Source of the DNA: Kofleriaceae bacterium
GTDB taxonomy: Bacteria > Myxococcota_A > Polyangia > Haliangiales > Haliangiaceae
Assembly (NCBI GenBank): GCA_046597055.1
Contig: JBKJLC010000058.1
Location: 1-64,000 of the forward strand
DNA: 64,000 nt
Direction: 5' to 3'
The notes under the pieces were generated by a model. It was not told the origin of the DNA, ran no database searches, and was given only the letters and a program-made list of their open reading frames with translations. Positions 1 to 19,827 of the stretch are shown here, one piece after another. Positions within the stretch are counted from its first letter, which is position 1, and the number at the start of each line of letters is the position of its first letter. The translations under genes were made by a program, and so were the position numbers.

Positions 1-1282
<1,282 letters not shown>

Positions 1283-1342
1283 TTGCAAAACAGAGCTCCT
1301 GAACTTGGATTTGCGAGGCCCTGCCGGCCGCGCAGGCGGCAA

Positions 1343-1371
1343 GAGGTACGGGAATAGCTGGCGGTTGTCAA
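1343..1371 (-). promoter_or_regulatory. Putative sigma70 promoter for rpsA
   Basis: Minus strand TTGACA (1371-1366), 17-nt spacer, imperfect -10 TACCTC. A second possible -10, TATATT, lies at 1440-1435. Confidence 0.5.
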
Positions 1372-1502
1372 CCCGGAAGGCCTGCACTGCAGCGGAAGCA
1401 CAAGCCTACCCCTCCCGGGTCCCCGCACCACCGCAATATAGGCGGCAGGCCCCGCTGCCGCCGAGCTGGCGCGCGCGCGCTCGGGGCCCGGGACGACCTG
1501 GG

Positions 1503-2159
1503 TCAGCGCAGGCGGCGCTGGACCTCTCCCTCTATAGTGTCCACCACCTGATCGAGCGTGAGGGCGGATGAATCGACCAGGACTGCGTCGTCGGCCGCGC
1601 GCATCGGGGCCACGTCGCGGCCGGCGTCCCGGGCATCGCGCTCGCGGATCTCGCGCAGGGTCTCCTCGAAGTCGCCGCCGTCCGCAAGCTCGTCCAGCCG
1701 GCGCCGGGCCCGCTTCTCATCCGAGGCGGTCAGGAAGAACTTGGCACCGGCGGTCGGGAACACCACCGTGCCGGTGTCCCGGCCCTCGACCACCACCCCA
1801 CCCCGTCCGCCCATCCGCCGCTGGAGATCGAGCAGGGCGGCCCGGACCGCGGGCAAGGCCGAGACCCGCGACGCGGCCTGTGAGGCCGCCGGGGTCCGGA
1901 TCGCCGCGGTGACGTCCTCGCCGGCCACGAGGACATGGTTGACGTCCCCTTCGAGCGCGAAGTCGATCGCGAGGTGGTCGGCGATCGCGGCCAGCGCCGC
2001 CTCGTCCTCCAGGCCGATCCCGCGGCGGAGCGCGGTCACGGCGACCGCGCGGTAGATCGCCCCGGTATCGAGGAGACGGTATCCGAGGCGGCGGGCCAGC
2101 TGCCTCGCCACCGTCGACTTGCCGGCCCCGGCAGGACCGTCGATCGTGACCACCAACAT
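1503..2159 (-). CDS. cmk: Cytidylate kinase
   Basis: TIDGPAGAGKSTVA P-loop, LDTGAIYRA, VVEGRDTGTVVFP, ERDARD; adjacent to rpsA. Confidence 0.97.
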   Translation of the reverse strand: MLVVTIDGPAGAGKSTVARQLARRLGYRLLDTGAIYRAVAVTALRRGIGLEDEAALAAIADHLAIDFALEGDVNHVLVAGEDVTAAIRTPAASQAASRVSALPAVRAALLDLQRRMGGRGGVVVEGRDTGTVVFPTAGAKFFLTASDEKRARRRLDELADGGDFEETLREIRERDARDAGRDVAPMRAADDAVLVDSSALTLDQVVDTIEGEVQRRLR

Positions 2160-2307
2160 CCGCGGACACTAGCCCGGATCATTCGCGCCGTCGACGCCCG
2201 CGCGGCCCCGGGCCACCACCCGGCCCGGTGCAGCCGCCCCCCGGCACCACGTCGCCCGCCTCGCGATGCGACGCCCGACCCGGCACGGGTCGCCCCGCTT
2301 TGCTACG

Positions 2308-3120
2308 ATGATGGCCGTGATCGACGGGGCGACCACCCAGCTGGACCTGCCGGCGCCCGGACGCTGGCGGGTCTTCGCCGACGCGGTCGCGCTCACGCTC
2401 GGCGTCAACGTGTGGCTGTCGCTGGTGCTGGTCCCGGCGATCCACGTGCGCGCGCTGGGCTCGGCCGGGCGGGTCGCGCTGGTCCTGCTCCCGCTGGCCG
2501 CGCTCGCCACCGGCGTGTGGCGGCGCAGCGAGCTGTGGCTGCTCGGCGCGTTCCCGTCGGCGCTGCTGGTCCCGATCTCGATCACGCCGGCGATCGCCTC
2601 GCCGCACCTGTACGGGCCGATCCGGTTCGCGGTGGTCGCGCTTGGCATCGTCGGGTATTTGCTGTCGGGCTCGTTCTTCGCGGCCTTCCACGAGCCGGCG
2701 CGGCCGACCAGCACCCGGTCACTGGCATCGTCGACCGCGGCACGTCCGCCGCGCTGGCGCCGGCGCGAGCGCATGTACTGGGAGCTGACCACGCTTGCCG
2801 TGGTGTGTCCGGCCCTCGGCCTCTACTGGGTCAACTTCGACGAGGGCATCACCCAGTTCCTCACGCAGATGTACCCGGGCCGGGTCGCCGGCATGCTGAC
2901 CCTGCTCAACGTCGCGGTGCTGGCGCTGTGGCTGGTGCTGTACCTCCACGTGTTCCTGGGCGCGCTCCGCCCCCACCGCACCGGGGATCGCGACGTGGTC
3001 ACCGATCTCGCGGTCGCGCGCGCCGAGGCCCAGAAGGGTCGCCCGCGGCTGCGCTTTCACCTCGCGGTGGTCAGCGCGCTCACGTTCATGGCCCTGCTCG
3101 TGTACCTCCGCCACCTCTAG
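2308..3120 (+). CDS. Hypothetical multi-pass membrane protein
   Basis: About 7 hydrophobic segments and GC3-biased codons; first gene of a tightly packed operon. Exact start uncertain (2308, 2311 or 2317). Confidence 0.75.
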   Translation: MMAVIDGATTQLDLPAPGRWRVFADAVALTLGVNVWLSLVLVPAIHVRALGSAGRVALVLLPLAALATGVWRRSELWLLGAFPSALLVPISITPAIASPHLYGPIRFAVVALGIVGYLLSGSFFAAFHEPARPTSTRSLASSTAARPPRWRRRERMYWELTTLAVVCPALGLYWVNFDEGITQFLTQMYPGRVAGMLTLLNVAVLALWLVLYLHVFLGALRPHRTGDRDVVTDLAVARAEAQKGRPRLRFHLAVVSALTFMALLVYLRHL

Positions 3121-3134
3121 TGCTCCAGGATCCC

Positions 3135-3323
3135 ATGCGCCGCTACTTCTTCGAGATCCTCGCCTTGGCGCTCATCGGCGGCAGCATGTTCTTCTTCAAG
3201 GAGGCGGTCGACTACCTGGCGCGCCGCGACTACATCGCCGCGCTGATCGTGATGGTGGTCGGCATGTCGGTGATCACGGTGGGCAAGGAGATGGCGCGCC
3301 TGGCCCTGGTCCAGCGCGATTGA
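3135..3323 (+). CDS. Small two-helix membrane protein (62 aa)
   Basis: MRRYFFEILALALIGGSMFFFKEAVDYLARRDYIAALIVMVVGMSVITVGKEMARLALVQRD; AGGA upstream; typical codon usage. Confidence 0.8.
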   Translation: MRRYFFEILALALIGGSMFFFKEAVDYLARRDYIAALIVMVVGMSVITVGKEMARLALVQRD

Positions 3324-3325
3324 CC

Positions 3326-4296
3326 ATGCGCGCCGCCGGCCTCGCCCGTGTGCTCGGCGTCCTCGGCGCGATCGCCGGCTGTGGCGACCACGCGCCCCCC
3401 CCGCCTCCGGCCGCGCCACCGCCGGTGGTCGCGTCGCTCGAGGCGCCGTCGGCCGGCCCCGCCGACGTGGTGGTCGCGCGGGTCGACGGCCGGCCGGTCT
3501 GGGGCTCCTGCGTCGCGGCCCAGGCCGCCGGTCAGCCCGACCGCCGCCGGGCCGCGCTCGACGAGTGCGTCGCGCTCGAGCTCGGCGCCCAGGAGGCCGA
3601 GCGGCGCGGGCTCGACCGCGATCCCGACGTGATCGAGCAGACCACCCGCGCGCTGGTCGCCCGCCTGGTCGACGTCGAGCTCACCGCCCGGGTGAAGACG
3701 ATCGCCGACCTGCCGCGCGACCTGGTCGACCCGGTGTTCGCCAAGCAGGCCGGGCGCATGCACCGCCCCGAGCTTCGGTCGAGCTTCTTCGTCCGCATCG
3801 AGCTGCCGGCCGGGAGCGAGGGCACGCCCGAGGACCGGGCCGCCGAGGCGGCGATCCGGGCCGCCCACGCCAGCCTGGCCGGTCGCAAGGACCTGTTCCC
3901 GGTCGACCTCGAGCGGGCGGTGAGCACGGCGGCCGGCGCGATGAAGACCCAGCGCGCCGCCCCCGACCAGCGCACGCGCGATCGGCTCCAGCCGTACTAC
4001 GGGGACGCGCTGTACGCGGTGCCGGCGGTCGGGATGGTGACGCCGCCGGTCCGCGGCCGCTACGGCTGGGACATCATCCTGTACACCGACGGCCTGCCGG
4101 CGCTCGAGACCTCGCGCGAGGACCTGATGACGCAGCTGTTCGCGCCGCTGCGGCCGGTGTACTTCGAGCGCTGGTCGAACCAGCTCGGCAAGGCGCACCA
4201 GGTCGAGGTGCTCGTCGATGCCACGACCCTGCGCGCCGCGCTCGGGGGCGACGACGATCCCGCGCCGGCCCCGGCGTCACCGGTGACGCCGCCGCG

Positions 4297-4300
<4 letters not shown>
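3326..4300 (+). CDS. Lipoprotein, SurA/PpiC (parvulin)-like foldase
   Basis: Lipobox AIAGC; VVARVDGRPV...ELGAQEAERRGLDRDPDV resembles the SurA/PrsA N-domain; GMVTPPVRGRYGWDII resembles the parvulin C-terminal motif. Confidence 0.65.
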
Positions 4301-5978
<1,678 letters not shown>

Positions 5979-5995
5979 GAACGACTGGACCCGAC

Positions 5996-8646
<2,651 letters not shown>

Positions 8647-8670
8647 TCGGCCGCGACCGGTCCGCCCCCC

Positions 8671-10041
8671 TCACCAGGTGCGCTCGGTGCGCCGGATCGC
8701 CAGCCGGTAGCTCACCGGCGGGCCGTCGGCGGGGGCGCTGAGCTCGAGCTCAACGTCGCGGTTCCAGCTCGCGTCCGAGACCATGACCGGCGACCGCAGC
8801 CGGTTGCCGCCGCTGGTGATGCGGCGGCCGCCGAGGCCAGGCTCCGCCACCGTCATCGCGGTGGCGGCGTCGAGGCCGAGCATGAACACGGGCTCGCTGC
8901 GCGGGCCGGTGCTGCCGGGGCGTGGCCCCGGGATCACGAGCACGTGACGCTCGCCCGGCGTCAGCGTGCCGGTCAGCACGCAGGCCTCCGCGCACGCCGA
9001 CACCGCCTGCGCGCTCTCGACCGTCGTGTGACCGGCGCGCTTCGCGATCGGCACCGCCGGGACGTGCACGAGCAGCAGGTCGACGCCGCCGCTGCCGGCG
9101 GACACGTCGCCAGCGTAGGTGACCAGCGTCGGCGCCTCGCCCTCGAGGATCGGGACCTCGAGCGCGGCCACGAGCGAGCCCAGACCGCCAGCGCCGGCCT
9201 GGTAGGCGATCAGATCGGCGGCCCGCCCGGCGGCGGCGAACAGCCAGAACACCGGGCGACTGGGCTCGTCGACGCCGACCGCGGACACCACCGCGATCGA
9301 GGTCGTGCCCGCGCCCGCGCGCAGCGTGTAGGTCCGGGTCTCGAACGGCGCGAGCGGACCGGTGGGGCCGCCGATCACGGCCGGGGGCCGCGCCCCGATC
9401 ACCGTCAGCGCGGTCGGCTCGGTCGCGAACGCGACCGGCGCCCCGCCGGGGCCCTGCCAGGTGATCGCGCGCGGTCCGGCGGCGGCCCCCGGCGCGATCA
9501 GCACGGTGGTGCGCGTATCGTTGGGGACCAGCGACTCGGGCAGCGCGATCAGATCGGCGCCGATCTGGAACGGGCTGCCGACGATCGACTGGTCGGGCAC
9601 CAGCGACCTGAGATCGACCTGCAGCGTGGTCCCTGCCGCGCGCGGCCCGCGGGTGGTCGCCGCCAGCGACGGGCGGATGTCGAGCGCGCCGGCGAGGACC
9701 TGGCGCTGGCCGCCGATCGTGACCGCGAGGTCGCGGGGCCCGAGCGCCGCGGTCGCCGCGATCGCGAGCGTGGCCTGGGCCTGGCCCGGGCCATCGACCA
9801 CGAGCTCGCGCACGGTCACGCCCGGGCCGGCGTCAAGCGTCATCGACCCGGTCACCCCGCCGGTCAGCGTCACCCCCACCGTGCGGGCCAGGAAGCCGAC
9901 CACCGACGTCACCTGGACCGAGCCCGGCACCACCGGACCGTCGGGACCATCGGGTGGCACGTCGACCGGCACCGCGCCGGACGGCTCGTACGCACAAGCG
10001 GCCACGACGACCCACGACAGGCACCCGGCGAGGAATCTCAT
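8671..10041 (-). CDS. Hypothetical lipoprotein with Ig-like (IPT/TIG-type) beta-sandwich domains
   Basis: MRFLAGCLSWVVVAAC lipobox; beta-rich LAIAATAALGPRDLAVT pattern typical of Ig-like repeats. Confidence 0.6.
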   Translation of the reverse strand: MRFLAGCLSWVVVAACAYEPSGAVPVDVPPDGPDGPVVPGSVQVTSVVGFLARTVGVTLTGGVTGSMTLDAGPGVTVRELVVDGPGQAQATLAIAATAALGPRDLAVTIGGQRQVLAGALDIRPSLAATTRGPRAAGTTLQVDLRSLVPDQSIVGSPFQIGADLIALPESLVPNDTRTTVLIAPGAAAGPRAITWQGPGGAPVAFATEPTALTVIGARPPAVIGGPTGPLAPFETRTYTLRAGAGTTSIAVVSAVGVDEPSRPVFWLFAAAGRAADLIAYQAGAGGLGSLVAALEVPILEGEAPTLVTYAGDVSAGSGGVDLLLVHVPAVPIAKRAGHTTVESAQAVSACAEACVLTGTLTPGERHVLVIPGPRPGSTGPRSEPVFMLGLDAATAMTVAEPGLGGRRITSGGNRLRSPVMVSDASWNRDVELELSAPADGPPVSYRLAIRRTERTW

Positions 10042-10259
10042 GGCCCCATCTGGGCACGACCGTGCCCGGCCGGTGCCGGCTCGGTCTGGCAACCCCTGGT
10101 AGCTTGCGCCCGGCGCCCGGTTGCATCACGGTCGCGCGGACCGTATACGAGGGCCGTGCGCCGACGACCATGGCCGGGCCCCCGCGTCGCCCGGCTTCCG
10201 CCTGCCGAGATCCGCCTGATCGCGCGCTCGTGCCACCGATCGTCCGGGACCGCGCGCGC

Positions 10260-11462
10260 GTGACCGCCGGTGCGCCGGGCCTCGGCCGCGGTGGCGCCGC
10301 GCTGGTCGCGATGTTCACCCTGGCCGGCTTTGTCGAGGGCGTGCTGTGGGGGCAGCTCAACGGGTTCGTCCCGCTGTACTTGCCGGAGCTCGGGATCCGC
10401 CCCGACGACGTGCCGGCCTGGACCAGCATCGCCACCCTGCTCGGCACCGGGGTTGGCCTGCTGACCCTGCCGCTGTGGGGCGCCCTCGCCGACCGCTACG
10501 CGCGCAAGCCGGTGATCGTCCGCTCGTTCGTCGTGTACGCGCTCGGCTGCGCGGTCGCGGCGCTTGCTCACGACATGCCCGGCTTCCTGGTCGGTCGCAC
10601 GCTGATGAGCCTGTCGATGGGCAACAGCGGCCTGATGATGGCCACCCTCAACGAGCGCATCCCGCCCCGCCACATCGGCCTGGCGTTCGCGCTGTTCAAC
10701 AGCGCCGGGCCGCTGGGCTCGTTCCTCGGCCCGCTGGTCGGCGGCCCGATCGTGGATGCCCACGGCGTGCGCACCCTGTTCGCGTGCGACGCCGCGCTCA
10801 TGTTCGCGCTGACGTTGCTGCTCGCCGGCGGCTACCGCGACTCGTACCAGCCGACCGACCGCCGCAGCGTGTTCGTGCTCGCCCGCGAGTCGCTCCGCGT
10901 GGTGGTGGCGTCGGCGCGCCTGCGCCGGCTGTTCCCGACCTTGTTCTGCCTGTTCGGCGGCTGGATGCTGGTCAACCTCTACCTCGCGCTGATCGTGACC
11001 GAGCGGTTCCCGACCGCCCAGCTCGCCACCCGCATCGGCTGGGTGCTCGCCAGCGGTGGCGTGGGCACGGTGGTGCTGTCGCCGCTCTTGGGCGCGCTCG
11101 GCGACCGGCTCGGCGTGTGGCGCGTGCTCGCGATCGGCGGCGCCGCCCAGACCCTGTGCTGGCCACTGCCGATGCTGGCGCCCGACTTCGTGTCGTTCAC
11201 GATCGCCTGGGCGGTCGCCAACGGGCTGGCGTCGGGGGTGTTCGCGCTCGCGTTCGCCGCGCTCGCCGAGTCGGCCCCGCCCACCGCGCGCGGCCGCGTG
11301 ATGGCGTTCGCGTACCTGCCGATGACCGGCGCCTACGCGATCGCATCGGCGATCGGCTGGCTGGCGCCCGGTCAGATCGTCGCGGTCGCCTTCCCGGCGG
11401 CCGCCGCGCTGACCGCGCTCGGCGTCGCCGGCCTGGCCTGGTCGCGACGCGCGCCGGTCTAG
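10260..11462 (+). CDS. MFS transporter
   Basis: Motif A twice (WGALADRYARKPV, LGALGDRLGVWRV); about 12 TM segments; GTG start chosen. Confidence 0.92.
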   Translation: MTAGAPGLGRGGAALVAMFTLAGFVEGVLWGQLNGFVPLYLPELGIRPDDVPAWTSIATLLGTGVGLLTLPLWGALADRYARKPVIVRSFVVYALGCAVAALAHDMPGFLVGRTLMSLSMGNSGLMMATLNERIPPRHIGLAFALFNSAGPLGSFLGPLVGGPIVDAHGVRTLFACDAALMFALTLLLAGGYRDSYQPTDRRSVFVLARESLRVVVASARLRRLFPTLFCLFGGWMLVNLYLALIVTERFPTAQLATRIGWVLASGGVGTVVLSPLLGALGDRLGVWRVLAIGGAAQTLCWPLPMLAPDFVSFTIAWAVANGLASGVFALAFAALAESAPPTARGRVMAFAYLPMTGAYAIASAIGWLAPGQIVAVAFPAAAALTALGVAGLAWSRRAPV

Positions 11463-11466
11463 CTGG

Positions 11467-15513
<4,047 letters not shown>

Positions 15514-15632
15514 TTCGGTCTGGTCTCCGAGCGGCAGGGTCGATCCCCCCTCTGACATTTGCCCGGCGCGGGAGTTCCTTACGTTTGGCCCAGATGGCAC
15601 AACCCCGCCGCTGCCGTGCTACAGACGAGGGG

Positions 15633-17336
15633 ATGCGCGGCCCTCCGCCGGGGCTCAGAACACGACCGGCCGTCGCGCTGATCGCGCTGCTCGCGCTGGC
15701 GCTGCTGCCGGTCGCGGGCCCGCTGCGGCTCACGCCGGCCGCGGCCGCGCCGACGATCACGATCAAGGCCCACACCGAGGTGCGCCTGCGCGGCGTGCGT
15801 CGCCGCGACGACGCTCAAGTCGCCGTCACCGGCCAGCTGGTCGACCGCGCCACCGGCACGGGGGTCGGCGGCCAGATCATCGTCGCGACTATCGGGGGCC
15901 GAACGCTCGCGCTGGAGACCGCGCCCGACGGCACCTTCGAGGCGACCGTGCCGGTGCCGGCTGGCTCGCCCACGCCGCTCGACGTCGCGCTCGAGTTCGC
16001 CGGCGACGGCAGCTACGATCCGGCGCGGCTGGAGGAGCGCGGGGTCGACGCGACCCGGGCCCCGGTCGACCTGACGATCACGGTGGCGGTCACCGGCGAC
16101 GGCGCGGTGGTCACGGTCGAGGCCACCGCCGACGGCGAGCGCGCCCTGCTGCCGGTGACCCTGCGGGTCTCGGCCGACGACACCGACGAGCCGCACCGCG
16201 AGCTGCCGGCGACCACCGGCCAGCCGCTCCAGCTCCGCCGCGCCGACGTGTTCGGGCCCGGCGTCAAGCGCCTGCGCGCCCGCTTCGCCGGTGACCCCGG
16301 CCGCAGCGCGGCCACCGCCGAGACCACGGTCGAGCTCACCAGCGCGACCCGCATCGACCTCGCGCTCGCCGCCGGCGAGGTCGGCTTCGAGGACACGATC
16401 CAGGCGCGCGGCCGGGTCGTCGACGAGGATGGCGCCGGCGTGCCCCGCGCCGCGGTCGCGCTCACCGCCGGTCCCCGCCGGCTCGGCGCGGTCACCACCG
16501 GCGATGACGGTCGCTGGCGGATCGACGTCAGCGCCGAGCTGCTCGGCGCCGGCCGCCACACGCTCCAGGCGGTCGCCGAGACCCGCGAGCGCTGGCGCAC
16601 TCCGTCCCGCTCGGCCCCGGCGACGGTGACGATCGGCGTGCCGCGACCGGCGCCGGTCGCGCTCACCCTTGCCGCGTTCGCCGCCACCGCCCTGGTCGCG
16701 GTCGGCTTCGTGCTGGCGCGGCGGCGGCCGTGGCAACGCCCGGCGGCCCCGGCCCCGGCGGCAGCGGTCGCGCCCGAGCCACGCGGCGGGCTCGAGCCGG
16801 GTCGGGCCAGCCTGGTGTCGACCCTGCGCCGCGCCAGCGACCACGGCTTCGCGGGGCAGGTGCGCGACGCGGTCCGGAACCGCCCGCTCGCCGGCGCCGA
16901 GGTGCTGCTGTCGACCCCGGCCACTGTCCGCCACGTCACCACCGATGACCAGGGCAACTTTGTCCTCGAGGAGCTGGCCCCGGCCGAGTGGACCGCTCGG
17001 GTCGCCGCCCCGGGCCACATCACCGAGCACTTCGCGGTCACCATCCCCCACCGCGGCGAGCTGCGCGGCGCCCGGATCGATCTGGTCCCGGTGCGCGAGA
17101 AGGTGTTCGCGCTGTACCGGCGTGCGGCCCTGCCACACCTGCCCTCGCCCGAGCTCTGGGGCATCTGGTCGCCGCGCCAGATCGTCGATCACGTACGCGC
17201 GCGTCGACCGCCCGAGGCGCTCGCCGATCTGACCGGGTTCATCGAGGAGGCGTACTTCTCGGCCCGGACGCCGGACGAGGGGATCTTGCCGACCGCCGAG
17301 TCCAAGGTCGCGGCGGCGCTCGCCGAGCGGGGGTGA
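15633..17336 (+). CDS. Membrane-anchored protein with Ig-like repeats, a carboxypeptidase-regulatory-like domain and a possible DUF4129-like C-terminus
   Basis: Signal peptide; GQLVDRATGTGVGG and GQVRDAVRNRPLAGAEV motifs; internal TM; C-terminal ALADLTGFIEEAYFS; GAGGGG upstream. Confidence 0.7.
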   Translation: MRGPPPGLRTRPAVALIALLALALLPVAGPLRLTPAAAAPTITIKAHTEVRLRGVRRRDDAQVAVTGQLVDRATGTGVGGQIIVATIGGRTLALETAPDGTFEATVPVPAGSPTPLDVALEFAGDGSYDPARLEERGVDATRAPVDLTITVAVTGDGAVVTVEATADGERALLPVTLRVSADDTDEPHRELPATTGQPLQLRRADVFGPGVKRLRARFAGDPGRSAATAETTVELTSATRIDLALAAGEVGFEDTIQARGRVVDEDGAGVPRAAVALTAGPRRLGAVTTGDDGRWRIDVSAELLGAGRHTLQAVAETRERWRTPSRSAPATVTIGVPRPAPVALTLAAFAATALVAVGFVLARRRPWQRPAAPAPAAAVAPEPRGGLEPGRASLVSTLRRASDHGFAGQVRDAVRNRPLAGAEVLLSTPATVRHVTTDDQGNFVLEELAPAEWTARVAAPGHITEHFAVTIPHRGELRGARIDLVPVREKVFALYRRAALPHLPSPELWGIWSPRQIVDHVRARRPPEALADLTGFIEEAYFSARTPDEGILPTAESKVAAALAERG

Positions 17337-17370
17337 CCACCCGCCTGGTTTGCGGTATGACGCGGGTTAG

Positions 17371-18570
17371 ATGGCTAGTGCCACCGACCTGATCACGCTG
17401 TTCGCGATCGTCGCGGCGCTCGCGATCTTCATCTTGCTGCTGCGCCGCGCCGGCGAGAAGAGCCGCGAGCGCAGCACCAAGAGCGTCCAGGAGCGGGTGC
17501 TCGGCCCCGAGCCAGTCCGCCCGCCCCGGGAGCGCAAGCGCAAGACCCAGCAGAAGCCGCCGCCGCGCCGCCCTGAGCCGGAGCCCGAAGTCGACGACGA
17601 CGATGAGCGGGCGGTGGTCGAGGCGGACCCCGAGGCGGCCGCCGCCTTCAAGGCCGGCCTCACCAAGACCCGCGGCGGCTTCGTCGCCAAGCTGGGCAAG
17701 ATCTTCGGCAAGAAGAAGATCGATCAGGACGTGCTGCCTCAGCTCGAGGAGGTCCTGTTCACCGCCGATATCGGTCCGCGCGCCGCCGACCGCATCTTCG
17801 ACTCGGTAAAGAAGAGCCTATCGAAGGACCAGCTCACCGAGCCGGCCCTCATCTGGCGCAAGATCCGCGAGACCTCCAGCCAGATCCTCGACGTCGGCGC
17901 GCCCCCGCTCGACTGGGCGGCCAAGAAGCCCCTGGTCCTGGTCGTGCTCGGCGTCAACGGCGTCGGCAAGACCACCACGATCGGCAAGCTCGCCGCGCGC
18001 CTGACCCGCGACGGCAAGCGCGTGATCCTCGCCGCCGGCGACACCTTCCGCGCCGCCGCCACCGAGCAGCTCGAGGTGTGGGGCGATCGCGCCGGGGTCC
18101 CGGTGGTCCGGGGCAAGGCCAATGGCGACCCGTCGTCCGTGATCTTCGAGGCGGTCAAGCGCGGGGTCGACGAGGGCTTCGACATCGTCATCTGTGACAC
18201 CGCCGGTCGGCTCCACACCAAGGTCGACCTGATGGACGAGCTCAAGAAGGTGCGGCGGGTGATCGACAAGGCGATGCCGGGAGCGCCCCACGAGACCTGG
18301 ATGGTCCTCGACGCGACCACCGGGCAGAACGCGATCGCCCAGGCCAAGACCTTCAAGGAAGCCATGGAGATCACCGGGATCGTCATCACCAAGCTCGACG
18401 GCTCGTCCAAGGGCGGCGTCATCCTGGGGATCTGCGACGAGCTCAAGGTGCCGGTCCGCTTCGTGGGTATCGGCGAGAAGATCGACGATCTGCGTCCGTT
18501 CGATGCGGCCGCATTCGTCGAGGGCCTCTACGCCGATGCAGACGCGTTCTCCGTCGAGGCGGCGAGCTGA
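17371..18570 (+). CDS. ftsY: Signal recognition particle receptor FtsY
   Basis: [55 protein letters not shown]-terminal TM anchor. Confidence 0.98.
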   Translation: MASATDLITLFAIVAALAIFILLLRRAGEKSRERSTKSVQERVLGPEPVRPPRERKRKTQQKPPPRRPEPEPEVDDDDERAVVEADPEAAAAFKAGLTKTRGGFVAKLGKIFGKKKIDQDVLPQLEEVLFTADIGPRAADRIFDSVKKSLSKDQLTEPALIWRKIRETSSQILDVGAPPLDWAAKKPLVLVVLGVNGVGKTTTIGKLAARLTRDGKRVILAAGDTFRAAATEQLEVWGDRAGVPVVRGKANGDPSSVIFEAVKRGVDEGFDIVICDTAGRLHTKVDLMDELKKVRRVIDKAMPGAPHETWMVLDATTGQNAIAQAKTFKEAMEITGIVITKLDGSSKGGVILGICDELKVPVRFVGIGEKIDDLRPFDAAAFVEGLYADADAFSVEAAS

Positions 18571-18641
18571 TCGCGTCCCCGAATGGGGCCGGGATTAGCA
18601 AGCAACCCCTGGACATGCAACGTGGAATGACCGCCGGCGTC

Positions 18642-18671
18642 TTGTGATCTGAAAATTTCACGTGATATAGT
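18642..18671 (+). promoter_or_regulatory. Putative sigma70 promoter for the OMP pair
   Basis: TTGTGA-N18-TATAGT with extended -10 TG, in an AT-rich patch; the spacer holds the inverted repeat TGAAA-A-TTTCA. Confidence 0.55.
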
Positions 18672-18842
18672 GCGCCAGGCTTCCGGGTTGGAGGGTTAAG
18701 CCCTCGGAATCTAACGGGAATTCCCGATCTGAACCGGTGGGTGTACCCACCTCGAACCCAGCGCCCCGAGGGGGGCTCAACCCCTTCGGCCGGACTGAAC
18801 GGCCACACGGTCACCCATCCTAGGCAGGGAGAAGTCGGAAGA

Positions 18843-19796
18843 ATGCGCCGCACGAGCCCCACGTCCCCACGCGGTACCAGCCTCGTAACCGTTCTCGCCC
18901 TCGGCCTCGTTGGCGCGCTCGCCACCTCTGCCACGGCCCAGCCGAAGCCGGCCAAGCCCGTGCCAGCCGAGGAAGACGAGATCGAGATGGGCGACGACCC
19001 AGCCGCTCCTGCCGATGAAGGCGAGATCGAGATGGAGGACAAGGAGCCCGAGAAGGACCTGTCCGCCGACCTCGCGGCCGACACGGACGCCGCGGTGAAG
19101 GTCGACACGACCAGCCGCGACGTCAAGCCGGTGTCCTGGCAGGACATCATCGTCGTCATGCGCAAGCCGTTCCTGAAGATCGGCCGCACGGATCTGATGC
19201 CGTTCCTGGCGACGACCATGAACGACAACATGATCCGCCACTACGCGGCGGGCGCACAGTTCAACTACTTCCTGACGGACGTGCTCTCGGTCGGCATCGA
19301 GGGCCAGTACTATACGAAGCAGTTCCGCGAGCCGTTCGACCTGGTCGGTCGTCAGGCCCGCCGGCTGCCGACGATCAACAAGTACAACTTCTCGGGCGCG
19401 CTGAACTTCAGCTACGTGCCGGTCTACGGCAAGTTCGCGATCCTCGACAAGCACCTGGTCGCCTGGGAGACGTACTTCACGGCCGGTGTCGGCGTGACCC
19501 AGAGCGAGGTGGTCCCCCGCGACCCCCGCTTCGAGGCGTTCACCAACATCCTCATCACGCCCAACATCGGCGCGTCGATGCGGTTCTTCCTCTTCAAGTG
19601 GATGACGGTCAACGTCGGCGTGCGCGACTACATCTTCCTCGACAAGTTCGAGCCGAAGGAGCGCGACGACGTGATGAACACCACCGCGGAGGCAGCGAAG
19701 GAGAACGCCGACTCGGCGCTCATCAACAACGTCATGTTCCAGCTCGGCGTGAGCTTCTGGATCCCGCCGACGTTCGAGTACACCACGTTCCGCTGA
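18843..19796 (+). CDS. Myxobacterial outer-membrane beta-barrel protein (GltA/GltB-like)
   Basis: Signal peptide, acidic N-region, [22 protein letters not shown]-terminal LGVSFWIP. Confidence 0.75.
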   Translation: MRRTSPTSPRGTSLVTVLALGLVGALATSATAQPKPAKPVPAEEDEIEMGDDPAAPADEGEIEMEDKEPEKDLSADLAADTDAAVKVDTTSRDVKPVSWQDIIVVMRKPFLKIGRTDLMPFLATTMNDNMIRHYAAGAQFNYFLTDVLSVGIEGQYYTKQFREPFDLVGRQARRLPTINKYNFSGALNFSYVPVYGKFAILDKHLVAWETYFTAGVGVTQSEVVPRDPRFEAFTNILITPNIGASMRFFLFKWMTVNVGVRDYIFLDKFEPKERDDVMNTTAEAAKENADSALINNVMFQLGVSFWIPPTFEYTTFR

Positions 19797-19827
19797 TCCC
19801 AGCACCGACGAAGCCAGGAGCCAACCG

